The translations under genes and the position numbers were made by a program. DNA of 64,000 nucleotides, taken from the NCBI GenBank assembly GCA_038143065.1, contig JAYQLI010000035.1, positions 2,720,894 to 2,784,893 of the forward strand, written 5' to 3'. The notes under the pieces were generated by a model. It was not told the DNA's origin. It did no database searches and saw only the letters and a list, made by a program, of their open reading frames with translations. Shown here piece by piece: positions 31,332 through 43,863 of the stretch (position 1 is its first letter; each line of letters begins with the position of its first letter). Origin of the DNA: Rhodospirillales bacterium. Lineage in GTDB: Bacteria > Pseudomonadota > Alphaproteobacteria > Bin95.

Positions 31332-33601
31332 TTGGAACCAGCAGCCCTTAAGGCAAATCCTAGCGGATGGCGTCAAATGCTCAGGGCTGTTCGTGATGCG
31401 GTTTCACAATCAGAATCTGCGCCGCTTCGTCTAACCAAGGTTGTTAATGTTATTGCAAAAGCTCTGAAAGCGGATGTTTGCTCGCTGTATCTTAAGCAGC
31501 GAGATGGTGTGATGGCCTTGGCAGCTACCCACGGGCTGAGAGCCGAGGCTGTGTTCAATACCCGATTGGCTCCAGGTGAGGGGCTTGTAGGTTTGGCAGC
31601 GGCTGCAACTGGTCCTGTTTCAATTCAAGATGTTCAAAATCACCCTGCTTTCGCTTATAGACCAGAGACTGGAGAGGATGCTTACAGTACATTTTTAGGA
31701 GCTCCTCTACTCCGCGGAGGTGCCGTTGGAGGGGTCCTTGTAATACAACATGTAACTGACCGCATTTATGAAGATGACGACCTTGAAGCGGTAGCCATTG
31801 TTGCGGCCTTAATGGCTGAAGTAGCGGCAGATCCTGAGTTGACGGCCTTTGTTGCTAATGATGAAAGTGCGCCAGCTGCGCGAATAGCAGGCACCAGGAT
31901 ATCTTCTGGTCTTTCTATAGGGGTTGCAGCAATGAGGGACCCCCATTACCTATCCAGCGAATGATTGTGGACGATATTCCCACTGAAATTCAGCGTTTGG
32001 ATCTTGCTGTCGAACGAATGCTAAGGGAACTCGACAACCTTCTTCAGGCCCCCGGTTTAGAGCCTTCGGGTGAGCATCGTGAGATTTTAGAAGCTTTTCG
32101 ACTTGCTGCAAGTGATGATGCTTGGATTAGGCGTATTAGAAATGGTGTTGAGCAAGGAATGACAGCTGAGGTTGCAGCTCGACGAGTTCAAACTGAGGCT
32201 CGTGTCAGAATCCGTCGTGCGCCATCTGCTTACCTTCGAGAAAGGCTTGCTGATCTGGATGACCTTGCTGGCCGTTTGGTGCGTGTATTGGCTTCAGAGG
32301 CCGAGAATTTTGGTGTCGCTGAATTGCCTGAACGGTCAATTGTTTTTGCTCATTCGATGGGCCCTGCAGAACTTTTGGAACTCGATCGATCACGTATTGT
32401 TGGCTTAGTTCTTGAGGAAGGATCTTCAGCCTCCCATGTCGCTGTAGTTGCAAGAGCATTGGGTGTGCCCGCAATTTCAGGAATACCTGGCGCTTTGGCT
32501 ACAGTGCAGCCAGGGGATGAGATAATTCTTGATGCAGATCACGGGCAAGCGCTTCTGCGTCCATCCTCTCAAATTCTCTCTAGTTTTCAGGCTTCTGTAG
32601 CTGCCAGGTCAGCTCGCAGGGCGCGTTATGCAAACTCTACTCGTGGTCCTGCAAGGACCAGAGATAAGCAAACAATATCGATCATGGCTAATGCTGGACT
32701 TCTAATGGATGTGGAAACAGCTTTTAGTGAAGGAGCCGAGGGTATTGGCTTATTTCGAACGGAATTATCTTTTCTTGGCCGGTCAGGACTTCCAAGCATT
32801 GAAGAACAAATCGCTCATTATTCAGAGGTTCGAAAAATATCTGGTGATCGCCCTGTATTTTTTAGAACATTTGATCATGGTGGCGATAAAACACCGTCAA
32901 CTTTAGTTCGGAGCAGGGAGGCTAACCCAGCCCTAGGTTGGCGCGCTATACGTATAGCGCTGGACTTACCAGAAACACTGCAAGAACAGTTGTATTCTCT
33001 TGCTGTAGCTTCCGCTGGCGAGGAGCTCTGCATAATGTTTCCTATGGTCGCAGAGGTGGCTGAAATTAGAGAAGCCCGATCAATTCTTGCGGTAGCTCTT
33101 GAGCAGGCTGCCATTGACGGAAGGGCTCCAAGTCATGTTCGTGTGGGTGTCGCTATTGAAACACCATCTTTAGTCTGGCAGGCCGAAACGGCGCTCAAAC
33201 GAATAGATTTTGCGACTATTGGAACGAACGATTTATTGCAATTTACCTTTGCGGCAGACCGTGATGGAGTTCGGATGACCGAGCGATACGATTCATTGTC
33301 GCCACCAGCGCTCTCAATGTTGCGGCATATTGTTGGCCAAGCGCAAATAGCTGAGACATCACTTTCAGTATGTGGGGAGATGGCCTCTGACCCTTTAGGA
33401 GTAATAGCACTTGTAGGTCTTGGAGTGCGAAGTCTATCGGTTGCACCTACTTCAATTAATTTAATAAAAGAGGTGGTTAGAAACCTCGATGCGACGAGCG
33501 CCGAAAAACTAGTTTTGGACTTGATTGATTCAGAGGAACATAGTTTGCGTAGTCAATTTCATGAATATGCTTTATCGGAAGGAATCCCTCTAGAACCTTG
33601 A
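31332..33601 (+). CDS. ptsP: PTS-Ntr enzyme I (GAF domain plus EI); indel in the C5 run 31940-31944
   Basis: N-terminal GAF (CSLYL, GEGLVG, YRPETGE); SHVAVVAR phospho-His, IGLFRTE, EANPALGWR, IGTNDL, CGEMA. Confidence 0.93.
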
Positions 33602-33707
33602 ATTTAAATCGTTGCCGTTGGCTGTAGCAGCGGTTATGAGTATCTTGGAAAAGGATTCATTTAGATTCACATATCGATCATAGAGTACGGTAGGTGGTCT
33701 ATCGAAA

Positions 33708-34881
33708 TTGGAAACGGGCATTCCTTCGGTGGGTAACAAAGGCAATCTAAAGCTTTGGGTGGTGGCAGGAGCTACCCAAAATGCGACACCAAAATTGGTG
33801 CCGGAAGATGGAGAGTCTGTTGGTCTTTTCCTGAGGAGCCTGCGCGAGCAAAAAGGCATTACAGTTGATGAAGTTGCTAGGCAAATTCGAATACGTAACG
33901 TTTATATTTCTGCGATTGAGGATGACAGGTACGAGGCTTTGCCTGGCAGAGCATACGCATTAGGGTTTGTCCGAACTTATGCTGAATATTTAGGGGCAGA
34001 TTCTGCAGAGGTTTCCCGACGTGCCATGAAAGGCATTAACACGCTTCCAAAGGCATCGCTTAAAACAAAAGTCCCTGAGGTTGAGCGAGAGCCTAGGACC
34101 GCAGTAGCAGCGGCAGCAGGGGTATTGTATTGCCTTGGCTGGATATGTCTACTGGTATTTCGATAATAACAAATCACGATTTGAAAATGCAGCTGAAACG
34201 CTAGCAAAGGTCGAGAGCCCCTCATTTTTGGATGGACCTGAACCAGTCCGCTTAACCTCAGATCCATACCGTCCTTTCCCTGAGATTCAGCCGCCGTCTA
34301 GTCCTAAAATTATGGCGCTTCAGCTTCCATCAGACGTTAACGTACCTGTAGCCAGGCCACTGCCGCCCTCAAGACAAGGCTCGAGGAGCTCAGTTGATAA
34401 TCAAATTATTCGACCATCTGATCTTCCAGCTCAGGGCAGCTTGGCTGAGGAACTTCCAGAACCGCGTTTGGTTGCTGCTCAGTTCGATGACAATTGGTCA
34501 ATACCTGCGCCAGGCCCTGCAATGGCTGCGATAGGCCCTAGTTATACCACTGTAGCTCCTTCCGCTCACACAACCCCTTCTTTGCCTAATAATGCCATTT
34601 CCTCTCCAGATCCCGCCTCTGGTATGGTGCAGCTCGTGGCCGCCTTTGATACCTGGATCGAAATTCGTTCAGTTAAGACTGATAAAGTTCTTTTTTCGCG
34701 AGTGCTTCGTAAGGGAGAAGTCTATCGAGTTCCAGATCGAACTGGGTTGACGCTTACCACAGGGAATGCTGCAGGACTTGAAGTGCACATTGATGAGCTA
34801 TTAGCTCCTCCGATCGGAAAGTATGGGGAGGTTGTGCGTGATTTGCATTTGGATGCGAAGGAACTTCTTGCTAGCCGTTAG
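33708..34881 (+). CDS. rodZ: RodZ-like protein (HTH, TM, DUF4115); indel near 34120
   Basis: LRSLREQKG..IEDDRYEALPGRAYALGFVRTYAEYLG; TM spans the shift; DTWIEIRS..GNAAGL; upstream of ispG; start uncertain. Confidence 0.85.
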
Positions 34882-34958
34882 CCTCTTCTGAGCAATCGAG
34901 GAATTAACGAACAGGCAATATTCAATATTAAAATGTCAATTACCTGGGTGTGTCTAAA

Positions 34959-36087
34959 ATGAGCATTCGGCCTTATCGCCATATTGAAACACGCAAGTCT
35001 CGGCAGATTATGGTTGGGAACGTAGCTGTTGGCGGAGATGCGCCGATAACCGTTCAAACAATGACTAACTCTCTAACGAGTGATGCTGGTGCTACAATTG
35101 ATCAGATTAGAATAGCAGAGGAAGCAGGTGTTGATATCGTTCGCGTTTCTTGCCCGGATGAAGCCTCAACTGCTGCTTTAAAAAGAAATTGTTCGCGCCG
35201 CAAATGTTCCAATTGTTGCTGATATCCACTTTCTCTATCGTCGCGCTATCGAAGCAGCAAAATCTGGGGCGGCATGCCTGCGCTTAAATCCTGGTAACAT
35301 TGGCTCTGCTGAACGAGTTAAGGAAGTCGTTCAGGCTGCAAAAGATCATGGTTGTGCTATCCGTATCGGAGTAAATGCAGGAAGTTTAGAGAAGCATCTT
35401 CTGGAAAAATATGGAGAGCCTTGTCCAGAGGCGCTTGTTGAAAGTGCTCTAGACCATGCTCGAATATTAGAAGATCACGACTTCACAGAGTTCAAAATAA
35501 GCGTAAAGGCATCTGACGTTTTCCTTGCTGTTGCCGCCTACCAAGGTCTCGCAGACGCGTGTGATTATCCGCTACACCTTGGCATCACTGAGGCTGGTGG
35601 ACTTCGCGGAGGGACGGTAAAGAGTTCGGTCGGCATTGGGTCTTTGCTTTGGGCTGGTATTGGCGACACGCTCCGTGTTTCCCTTTCAGCCGACCCAGCT
35701 GAGGAGGTTAAGGTTGGCTTTGACATATTAAAGTCACTTGGCCTTCGTCATCGGGGTATCAACGTTATTTCTTGTCCATCTTGTGCTCGCCAACAATTCG
35801 ACGTGATAAATACTGTGGCGCTCTTGGAAAAACGACTAGCTCACATATCCACACCAATGACAGTCTCTGTGATTGGTTGCGTTGTTAATGGACCAGGAGA
35901 AGCTCGGGAAACTGACATTGGTGTTACTGGTGGTGGGAAGGGTACCCATATGGTCTATGTGAGTGGTTTGCCCGATCATCGAATTACTGATGTTGATCTC
36001 GTGGACCACCTGGTTGCCCAGATTGAGTCAAAAGCTGCTGAGATCGAAAATGAACGTTTAGAAGCTGCCTCTGCAGAGTTGCAATAG
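34959..36087 (+). CDS. ispG: 4-hydroxy-3-methylbut-2-en-1-yl diphosphate synthase (indel near 35182)
   Basis: [57 protein letters not shown]. Confidence 0.96.
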
Positions 36088-36103
36088 TAGAGAGTTATTA
36101 TTG

Positions 36104-37349
36104 ATGTCAGTGCGCCCAGTCCGCGGGACGGTTGATCTTTTTCCAGATGATATTCGTCGTCATCGTCGCGTAATAGAAACTGCTCGAGATCTTGCCGAAC
36201 TTTATGGGTTTGGAGAAATACAGACCCCTATTTTTGAATTTACGGAGGTGTTTGCGCGCACTCTTGGGGACGTTTCTGATGTAGTGACAAAAGAAATGTA
36301 CACATTTGAGGACCGTGGCGGAGAGAAAATTACCTTGCGCCCAGAGAACACTGCTGGTGTTGCAAGGGCTTATATTTCTGGGAAACTCCAAAACGAACTT
36401 CCGCTAAAATATTTCTATGCGGGACCCATGTTTCGATATGAGCGACCGCAAGAAAGGTCGTCAGCGTCAGTTTCATCAAATTGGTGTTGAATTGTTTGGC
36501 GTTCCATTCCCGTCAGGGGACGTCGAGGTAATAGCTCTTGCTGCCCAATTGTTAGATAAACTGGGAATGCGTGATCACTGCGTGCTAAACCTCAATACTT
36601 TGGGCGATACAGAAAGCCGTGAAACTTACCGTGCCGCATTAGTTGAATATTTTTCTTCACATAAGGCCAGGTTATCTTCCGACAGTCTCGCCCGTCTTGA
36701 TAAAAACCCGTTGCGTATCCTTGATTCCAAGGATGAGAGTGACAAAAAAGTGGTTGAAGGAGCCCCCTCTTTCAATGAATTTCTTACAACTACTGCTTCG
36801 GACTTCTTCGCTGAAGTGCGTCAGGGCTCGATGAGTTAAATATTTCTTATGTTCTGAACCCACGCCTCGTAAGGGGGCTTGATTATTACTGCCATACAGC
36901 TTTTGAGTTTGTAACAGATGCATTAGGTGCTCAAGGGACTGTCATAGGTGGGGGCGCTACGATGGCCTCATTGGTATAATGGGGGAGCTAGCACACCTGG
37001 AGTGGGTTGGGCTGGTGGTATAGAACGGCTCGCAATGCTTGCTGATCAGACATTGCCTGAAATAACCACTTCTAAACCTATTTCGCTAATTCCAATTGGC
37101 GTTGCTGCAGAGCAAAAATTAAAGCAACTTGCCTATGATCTCAGGGGGAATGGTCAACATGTCGATATTTCTTTCTCTGGAAATCTCAAAAGGCGCATGC
37201 AGAGGGCTGGCAAGCTTGGTGCCCGGTTTGCATTAATTGTTGGTGAGGACGAGTTGCACGCTAACAAAGCTACACTCAGAGATATGGAGAGTGGCTCGCA
37301 GGAAGAGATAAGACTGCAAGATGTAGTTAAGCGGTTATCTGATCTATGA
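36104..37349 (+). CDS. hisS: Histidine--tRNA ligase (four apparent indels near 36449, 36825, 36950, 36981)
   Basis: [49 protein letters not shown] and anticodon domain recovered across frames. Confidence 0.95.
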
Positions 37350-38419
37350 GCTTTGATGAAAAACTTGCACAGGTTTTAAGTCGTGTTGAAGAATTATCAG
37401 CACGCATGTCAGGCGAAGAGCTATCGGCAGAAGAGCTGGTGAAACTTTCTAAGGAGTATAGTGAACTTGACCCTATTGCCGCTGCCATCCGAAACCTTCA
37501 AGCTCTGCGTGATGAATTTAGTGATCTAGAAGAAATTCTGAATGACCCTGAGTCCGATGCCGAGATGCGCCAACTTGCAGAGCTTGAGAAGCTAGACTTA
37601 GGTCAAAAAATTGAAACCGCAGAGCGTGATGTAATGATTGCTCTGCTGCCAAAAGATGCGGACGATGAGCGCAACGCAATCTTAGAAGTGCGGCCAGGAA
37701 CAGGAGGCGACGAGGCTGCCTTATTCGCAGCAGATTTGTTTAGGATGTATCAGAGATATGCTGAGTCACAAGGTTGGAAGTTTGAACCTTTATCTATCAG
37801 CGAAACAGAACTTGGCGGTCTAAAAGAAGCTGTTGCAGAAATCGGTGGTCGTGGTGTCTTCGCAAAGATGAAGTTTGAATCAGGAGGCCATAGAGTGCAG
37901 CGTGTTCCAACAACGGAGCAAGGTGGGCGCATCCATACCTCTGCAGCAACCGTGGCTGTATTGCCCGAGGTTCAGGAAGTCGATGTTTTAATAGACGAAA
38001 AAGATCTCAGGATTGACACGTTCCGATCTCAGGGTGCTGGTGGACAGCACGTCAATACAACTGACTCTGCCGTCCGGATTACACATATTCCGACTGGTAT
38101 TGTCGTCAACCAGCAAGATGAGAAGTCGCAACATAAAAATCGCGCCAAGGCAATGACTATCTTACGTGCTAGAATTTATGAGGCTGAGCGTGAGCGTCGA
38201 GATGCCGAGCGAGCAGCAGAGCGGCGAACGCAGGTAGGGTCTGGTGATAGATCTGAGCGAATTAGGACTTATAATTTCCCTCAGGGCAGGGTTACAGATC
38301 ACCGTATTAATCTAACTCTTTACAAAATCGACCAAGTTGTAGCTGGAACAGGTTTAGCTGAGTTTATAGATGCATTAGTCGCTGAAGATCAGGCTTCACG
38401 ACTGGCTAATATGGAATGA
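37346..38419 (+). CDS. prfA: Peptide chain release factor 1
   Basis: [17 protein letters not shown] (PxT), [15 protein letters not shown]. Confidence 0.97.
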   Translation: MSFDEKLAQVLSRVEELSARMSGEELSAEELVKLSKEYSELDPIAAAIRNLQALRDEFSDLEEILNDPESDAEMRQLAELEKLDLGQKIETAERDVMIALLPKDADDERNAILEVRPGTGGDEAALFAADLFRMYQRYAESQGWKFEPLSISETELGGLKEAVAEIGGRGVFAKMKFESGGHRVQRVPTTEQGGRIHTSAATVAVLPEVQEVDVLIDEKDLRIDTFRSQGAGGQHVNTTDSAVRITHIPTGIVVNQQDEKSQHKNRAKAMTILRARIYEAERERRDAERAAERRTQVGSGDRSERIRTYNFPQGRVTDHRINLTLYKIDQVVAGTGLAEFIDALVAEDQASRLANME

Positions 38420-39270
38420 CGGCTGATGAGTGGATTAAGGCGGCTTCCTATCGATTGACGGGACTGGAGCGGCCCCGTGCTGAAGCCAGGAATTTACTTG
38501 CTTTGGCATTGCAGGTTTCACCGGAATACTTGTTTTCTTACCCAGAAACTGAAATGTCAGCTGAGAATATTTCAACTGCTGAATTATTCATTGAACGTCG
38601 TATTGTAGGTGAACCTCTTTCAAGAATTTCCGGTTTTCGTGAGTTTTGGAGCCTAAAGTTTTGCATCGGCGATGAGGTTTTAGATCCTCGGCCTGACACC
38701 GAGATTTTAGTTGAAGCCGGCTTAGAGGCTATCAAGCAACGGGAAATTCCTTACATTTTGGACTTGGGAACTGGCTCAGGTTGTATTCTGTTGGCTTTGC
38801 TATCCGAAATTCGAGACGCATTCGGTATAGGGATTGATCGGGCCAAGGGCGCTTGCAGATTTGCAAAGAGGAACAGTCAAAGGCTTGGGCTTTCTAATCG
38901 TTCTGCATTTCTATGCGCAGATTGGGGAAGGGCCCTCAAAGCCGTAACTTCGCAATTTCAGGGGTTTGATCTGATTGTCACAAATCCCCCATATATAGGA
39001 ACGGTTCAAGGTCCGCGGCCAGACACGGCCACTGAAAGTTTTGACCCACCCTCGGCCCTTTATGCTGGCATTGATGGTCTTAGTGCTTACACAGAATTAA
39101 GTCACCAAATCCCCAAGCTTATGGCGGCCAATGGTACCGTCGTGATTGAAATAGGTGAGGGACAAGCTGCATCAGTGAATAAGATATTCACTGATGCTGG
39201 CTTGAGGATGAAAGGTGAATTCTATGCTCTTGGGGGGCATTTGCGCTGCCTAACCTTCAAAGTTGCTTAA
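38416..39270 (+). CDS. prmC: Release factor glutamine methyltransferase
   Basis: GEPLSRI, PRPDTE, DLGTGSG, NPPY; ATGA overlap with prfA. Confidence 0.95.
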   Translation: MTADEWIKAASYRLTGLERPRAEARNLLALALQVSPEYLFSYPETEMSAENISTAELFIERRIVGEPLSRISGFREFWSLKFCIGDEVLDPRPDTEILVEAGLEAIKQREIPYILDLGTGSGCILLALLSEIRDAFGIGIDRAKGACRFAKRNSQRLGLSNRSAFLCADWGRALKAVTSQFQGFDLIVTNPPYIGTVQGPRPDTATESFDPPSALYAGIDGLSAYTELSHQIPKLMAANGTVVIEIGEGQAASVNKIFTDAGLRMKGEFYALGGHLRCLTFKVA

Positions 39271-39473
39271 AATTACGCAGATTTTTCAATAAAGATGTTG
39301 GCATTTCATATAAATTAGGTATACGTACTATTGCGCTTAAGTGGAGTTTGCTCCTAAGGCGTGCCATTTTCACAGACACAGCATAAGACCACCTTCAAAT
39401 TGATGGTGTCGTGAAGTTGTAGTTTGGGTTGTAAATATGGCCACCCCCGCAACTTAGAGCGGATATTCAGACT

Positions 39474-40184
39474 ATGAATCAAAGACGGCCGCGTGGTCGA
39501 AATAACAACAATAATCGTGGTAGGCACCAAAATCCACGGAATCAGACCTTTGACAGTAATGGTCCGGGAGGCCGGGTGCGTGGGTCTGCTTCGCAAGTGT
39601 TGGACCGTTATCTGGCGCAAGCGCGTGACGCTCAGGCAGCTGGAGACTCCATCCTTGCAGAAAACCTGTTCCAGCATGCAGAGCACTATTATCGAGTGCT
39701 AAGTGCAGCAAATGCTGCCATGGAACAGCAGCAACGAGAACGTCACGGCTCTTACGAGGACCGACGCTCCTATCGCCCTGAAAACACAGATGCTGAGCAT
39801 AATGCTCGATCCGAAGATCAGAGCGATCGCGATGACCGGCAGGACCGTTCTGAGCGCTCTGATCTGCGTGAGGATCGCGATTCTGATAATTATGTTGCGA
39901 CGGAGGATGCAGAGCCGCGCAATCCTCGTAGAGTATCAGGCCGCGTAAGGTCTGCAGAAGCAGAAATGGGTGAAAGCGATAGCGATCAGGCCGTTATAGA
40001 AAATGACACCCCCCAACCGCGCCGCCGAACTGCTCGTACTTCGAAGCCGGTAGAGGAGCCCAGGCTTGAATTAGAAGGTGAAAATACAGAGGAGCTCGAC
40101 GTTGCATTCTTAAAGGCGGAGCCTAAGCCTCGGCGCCGGCGTCGTACTTCTGCAGAGACAGAACCAGCTGAAACATCAGATTGA
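39474..40184 (+). CDS. DUF4167 domain protein with disordered tail
   Basis: FDSNGP..VRGSASQV..YLAQARDA..AENLFQHAEHYYR; usual position after prmC. Confidence 0.9.
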   Translation: MNQRRPRGRNNNNNRGRHQNPRNQTFDSNGPGGRVRGSASQVLDRYLAQARDAQAAGDSILAENLFQHAEHYYRVLSAANAAMEQQQRERHGSYEDRRSYRPENTDAEHNARSEDQSDRDDRQDRSERSDLREDRDSDNYVATEDAEPRNPRRVSGRVRSAEAEMGESDSDQAVIENDTPQPRRRTARTSKPVEEPRLELEGENTEELDVAFLKAEPKPRRRRRTSAETEPAETSD

Positions 40185-41029
40185 TTGCAGTGTCGACTAA
40201 AATACTAACTTCCCAGCAGTCGCAGAGTTATAAAAACGACGGTTTTGTATCACCAATACAGGTGCTTTCAGCGGAGGAAGCGCTTAGGTATCGTAAGCGA
40301 TTTGAGGTTTATGAGCATGAGCATGGTGGGTGGTATGAGCTATCAAAAGGTCAGAAATTATATTTGATACAAACATGGGCGGCCGAACTCGCTTCTCATC
40401 CTAAAGTCCTCGATGGTGTCGAAGATGTATTGGGTTCTGATTTGTTGGTTTGGGGATTGAGTCTTTTCGTTAAAGAAGCCGGGGCGCCAGGCTTTGTCTC
40501 ATGGCATCAAGATTCCACCTATTGGGGACTATCTAAACCCAAAGTGGTCACGGCATGGATAGCGCTTTCACCAGCAACTATTGAGTCGGGATGTATGAAA
40601 ATGCTTCCCGGCTCTCACTCGATGGACCAAAGACCTCACAAAGATACGTTGGCTTCTGATAACCTTCTTACGCGAGGCCAAGAAATCCAGATGAACATCA
40701 ATGATTCAGATGGCGTGTTCTGTCCTCTTGAAGCTGGCGAAATGTCACTTCATCACGTTCGTACGGTTCATGCGTCTGAACCTAATAATGGTTCAGATCG
40801 ACGTATTGGTGTTGCCATTCGATATATTACTCCCGATGTCGCACAAGTTAATGGTGCAAAAGATAGTGCATGGCTTGTTCGGGGAGAGGACCGATTTAAC
40901 AATTTTATTCTCGAGAGTCCGCCTAAGTCAGATATGGACGAAGCGGCTCTAGCCGAGCGGGAACGGATTATGAGTCTTCGGCAAGATGTCCTCTATAAAG
41001 GCGTCGAGGGGACCCCTGCAAAACTCTAA
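40181..41029 (+). CDS. PhyH family Fe/2-oxoglutarate dioxygenase
   Basis: WHQDSTYW, TAWIAL, PGSH, HASEPN..DRRIG. Confidence 0.92.
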   Translation: MIAVSTKILTSQQSQSYKNDGFVSPIQVLSAEEALRYRKRFEVYEHEHGGWYELSKGQKLYLIQTWAAELASHPKVLDGVEDVLGSDLLVWGLSLFVKEAGAPGFVSWHQDSTYWGLSKPKVVTAWIALSPATIESGCMKMLPGSHSMDQRPHKDTLASDNLLTRGQEIQMNINDSDGVFCPLEAGEMSLHHVRTVHASEPNNGSDRRIGVAIRYITPDVAQVNGAKDSAWLVRGEDRFNNFILESPPKSDMDEAALAERERIMSLRQDVLYKGVEGTPAKL

Positions 41030-41120
41030 AGGTAAAATTCTAGTGGATTGGGTTTAGCGATAGCAGTACTTCAAAATATTTGAATGTTTAATTTCTATAA
41101 TCTCTAATAATTATTCAGCA

Positions 41121-41149
41121 CAAAGTGCCCGCACCCTAGGGGCGCAGGC
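41121..41149 (-). terminator. Probable terminator after rpsU
   Basis: Minus strand GCCTGCGCCC-CTA-GGGTGCGGGC (with G-U pairs) followed by ACTTTG, about 30 nt after the rpsU stop. Confidence 0.5.
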
Positions 41150-41181
41150 TTAATATTGACGAAATACAAAAAGTTTGTGGC

Positions 41182-41385
41182 TTAGTAGCCTTCGCGCTCA
41201 AGGCGCTTGCGAAGCATTTTTCTATGGCGACGCACGGCCTCTGCCCGCTCACGGGCGCGCTTTTCCGATGGCTTCTCGAATGAGCGGCGAAGCTTCATTT
41301 CGCGGAAGATACCCTCACGTTGCATCTTCTTTTTGAGGGCACGAAGAGCCTGATCTACATTATTATCACGAACACTTACTAGCAA
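41182..41385 (-). CDS. rpsU: 30S ribosomal protein S21
   Basis: [28 protein letters not shown]; probable TTG start at 41385 after AAAGG. Confidence 0.96.
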   Translation of the reverse strand: MLVSVRDNNVDQALRALKKKMQREGIFREMKLRRSFEKPSEKRARERAEAVRRHRKMLRKRLEREGY

Positions 41386-41537
41386 AATTTTTCCTTTAGT
41401 CGAGCATATGAGCAATCGCGGTTGTAACCACGAAAGCTTTTCATTTCTTTAAACCAAGTACATATAACATTTCAAGCTATTCTTGCACTTAGTTGTTGTG
41501 TGGCGCGTTGTCATAACTGTTAGCGTGAGTTCGGTAT

Positions 41538-42098
41538 ATGTCTATTCTGAAAATTGCTCGTATGGGCCATCCAATTTTATTGGAAAGGTCGAAGACATTA
41601 AATTCAAGTGAAATTGCCAGCAACCTAGAGCTTCAAAAGCTTATTGATGACATGGTTGAAACGCTCAAAGATTCTGGTGGCGTTGGTTTAGCTGGTCCGC
41701 AGGTATATGCAGATCAACGAGTAATATTGGCAATGGCACCGCAATTTAATGATACAAGCCATGGAAATGGTGAATTTACCGTCCTCATAAATCCAGAGTT
41801 GGAATTTAAGGACAAAGAGCAGGAGCTTGGCTGGGAAGGGTGTTTATCGATTCCTGGCCTGCGAGGAGCAGTGCCCCGGGCTCGTAAATTGATTTATAGA
41901 GGATTTGATCGAACTGGGCGAAGTGTAGAAGCTGAAGCTGAGGGTTTTTTTGCTCGTATCTTGCAGCATGAGGTCGATCACTTGGATGGTATTCTTTATC
42001 CTATGCGGATGACAGATTTTCGTCATTTTGGTTTCGATGAAGAGTTGGCGCGAATTGAGCGAGAAGCCGCTTCTGCTACAGAGGAGAGCATTGAATGA
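41538..42098 (+). CDS. def: Peptide deformylase
   Basis: GVGLAGPQV, EGCLSIPG, QHEVDHLDG. Confidence 0.96.
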   Translation: MSILKIARMGHPILLERSKTLNSSEIASNLELQKLIDDMVETLKDSGGVGLAGPQVYADQRVILAMAPQFNDTSHGNGEFTVLINPELEFKDKEQELGWEGCLSIPGLRGAVPRARKLIYRGFDRTGRSVEAEAEGFFARILQHEVDHLDGILYPMRMTDFRHFGFDEELARIEREAASATEESIE

Positions 42099-42757
42099 AC
42101 AAAGCTAATGAAAAATTTAGGCTGGAAATTTTAAATGCAGCTCTCGAACATATTCCATTTGATGGCTGGACCCACCATGCCTTAAAGGCGGGTGCAATCG
42201 ACGCTGGGTATCCAGAAATAGACGCAGAGCGAGCATTCCCGGGAGGACCCGCAGAAGCCGCGGAGTTTCACTCGTTTCTGTCTGATAGGGCTATGGTGTC
42301 GTCGTTTTTTGAATGCGAACCAATGCCATCACGCACCAAAGAAAAGGTGGCAGCACTGATCCGCATACGTCTTGAAGGGGTTGCGGGCCAAAAGGAAGTG
42401 GTCCGTTTAGGATTGGGTTTACTTGCGAGACCTCAACATTGGAACAAGGGCGCACGAGCGCTTGCAAAAACAGCAGATGAAATTTGGAAAGCAGCGGGGG
42501 ATCGCTCGTCGGACTTTAATTGGTATACAAAGCGCGGCTTAGTTGCAGCTGTGTATTTCTCTACAGTTACTTATTGGCTGAACGATGTGTCAGAGGATTA
42601 TCAGGAAACGTGGGCATTTCTTGATCGTCGGTTGGATGATGCCATGCGTATCCCAAGGAAAGCCATGGATGTTCTGGATAAACTTCGCACAAACCTTCCT
42701 CGGTCCGAAGGACTTTTCGCGGCTTTAAAACAGCGCCATATGGCAAGGCGATGGTGA
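42095..42757 (+). CDS. COQ9 family ubiquinone biosynthesis protein
   Basis: FDGWT, FPGG, DEIWKAAGDRSSDFNWYTKR, TWAFLDRR; rpsU-divergent context. Confidence 0.92.
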   Translation: MNKANEKFRLEILNAALEHIPFDGWTHHALKAGAIDAGYPEIDAERAFPGGPAEAAEFHSFLSDRAMVSSFFECEPMPSRTKEKVAALIRIRLEGVAGQKEVVRLGLGLLARPQHWNKGARALAKTADEIWKAAGDRSSDFNWYTKRGLVAAVYFSTVTYWLNDVSEDYQETWAFLDRRLDDAMRIPRKAMDVLDKLRTNLPRSEGLFAALKQRHMARRW

Positions 42758-42886
42758 TTAGTCAGCCTGCATACTTTTAGTTAAGTGGTAGGCTTTGCTA
42801 ATACGTTTTTGCCCTTACATGCGAAGGTCTAATTTATTTTTCCAGAATTTCTTTCATAGCCCCCTTTTCGGAGTTATCATTTTGAA

Positions 42887-43522
42887 ATGAGAAGGCTGTC
42901 ATCTGCATTAAGGAAAGGGATTGTTCATAAATCATCTGTTGCATTGCTGTTTTTTCTAGCTTCATGTGCGCCAGGGATCCCAGACAACCCTGATAATGCC
43001 TGTGATATATTTAAGGAAAAAAGAAGTTGGTATCTCTCATCATTTGACATTGAGGAAAAGCACGGGCTTCCAATGCAAGTCCAGCTAGCGATCATTCGTC
43101 AGGAGTCTAGCTACGTTCATGATGCAAAGACCCCAAGAAAAACCTTTTTGGGCATACCCCTGTGGTGGCGTCAGTCAACAGCATACGGGTATGTTCAGGC
43201 TCTAGACGGCACTTGGCGTGACTTTCAAAATGCTACGGGTGATAGATCTGCTCGAAGAGACAATTATGACGACTCAGTAAAGTTTCTAGGTTGGTATAAC
43301 AACATATCGTTTAACAGATTAAAAATTCGTAAAAATGATGCGTATAATTTGTACCTTGCGTATCACGAGGGCCACGGTGGCTGGAAGAGAAAAACATATC
43401 TTAAAAAGAAATGGCTAATGAAAGTGGCTAAGAAGGTTCAGAGAAACTCGTTGATATATGGAAAACAACTTAGTCGTTGCAGAAAATCCTTGAAATCATC
43501 TTGGTGGGCTTTCTGGGAGTAG
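42887..43522 (+). CDS. Lipoprotein with SLT-like lytic transglycosylase domain
   Basis: Lipobox LASC, AIIRQES (catalytic Glu), SxAYGYVQA, YLAYHEG. Confidence 0.8.
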   Translation: MRRLSSALRKGIVHKSSVALLFFLASCAPGIPDNPDNACDIFKEKRSWYLSSFDIEEKHGLPMQVQLAIIRQESSYVHDAKTPRKTFLGIPLWWRQSTAYGYVQALDGTWRDFQNATGDRSARRDNYDDSVKFLGWYNNISFNRLKIRKNDAYNLYLAYHEGHGGWKRKTYLKKKWLMKVAKKVQRNSLIYGKQLSRCRKSLKSSWWAFWE

Positions 43523-43547
43523 TGGTTAATGTCTCCGTGTAAGAGGG

Positions 43548-43766
43548 TTAGTCTATATCGCCTTCTCTTATTAGAGTGATTTCAATCTCTCCATTGCTTC
43601 CTAGCCTGACTAGTTTCCAGCTTTCTACCTCTAATCCGAGTATTTCCTGCGCTTCAAATAGCATTCCAACAATTAAGTCGTCCTTTAAATTTTCGTCATT
43701 ACTCTGTGTTTTAATATCGACTAGGTCTCTGCCATTTCGCGCGGTTAAAACAAATTCATAAGTCAT
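43548..43766 (-). CDS. Small acidic hypothetical protein (72 aa)
   Basis: ATG-initiated ORF filling the gap; no recognisable motif. Confidence 0.5.
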   Translation of the reverse strand: MTYEFVLTARNGRDLVDIKTQSNDENLKDDLIVGMLFEAQEILGLEVESWKLVRLGSNGEIEITLIREGDID

Positions 43767-43863
43767 GTTAGCATTCCAACAGTTGGTACTCTGTTAACTG
43801 GATGCCATTTTATTTTTTTCAATGGGCAGACGTTGTTACTCAGGTTTAGCAAATTTTTCTATG

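Noticed and set aside
36104-37349. hisS (and ispG, rpsI, argC, tsaD) as pseudogenes
   Set aside because: All motifs are intact across frames and several genes are essential; sequencing indels are the simpler explanation
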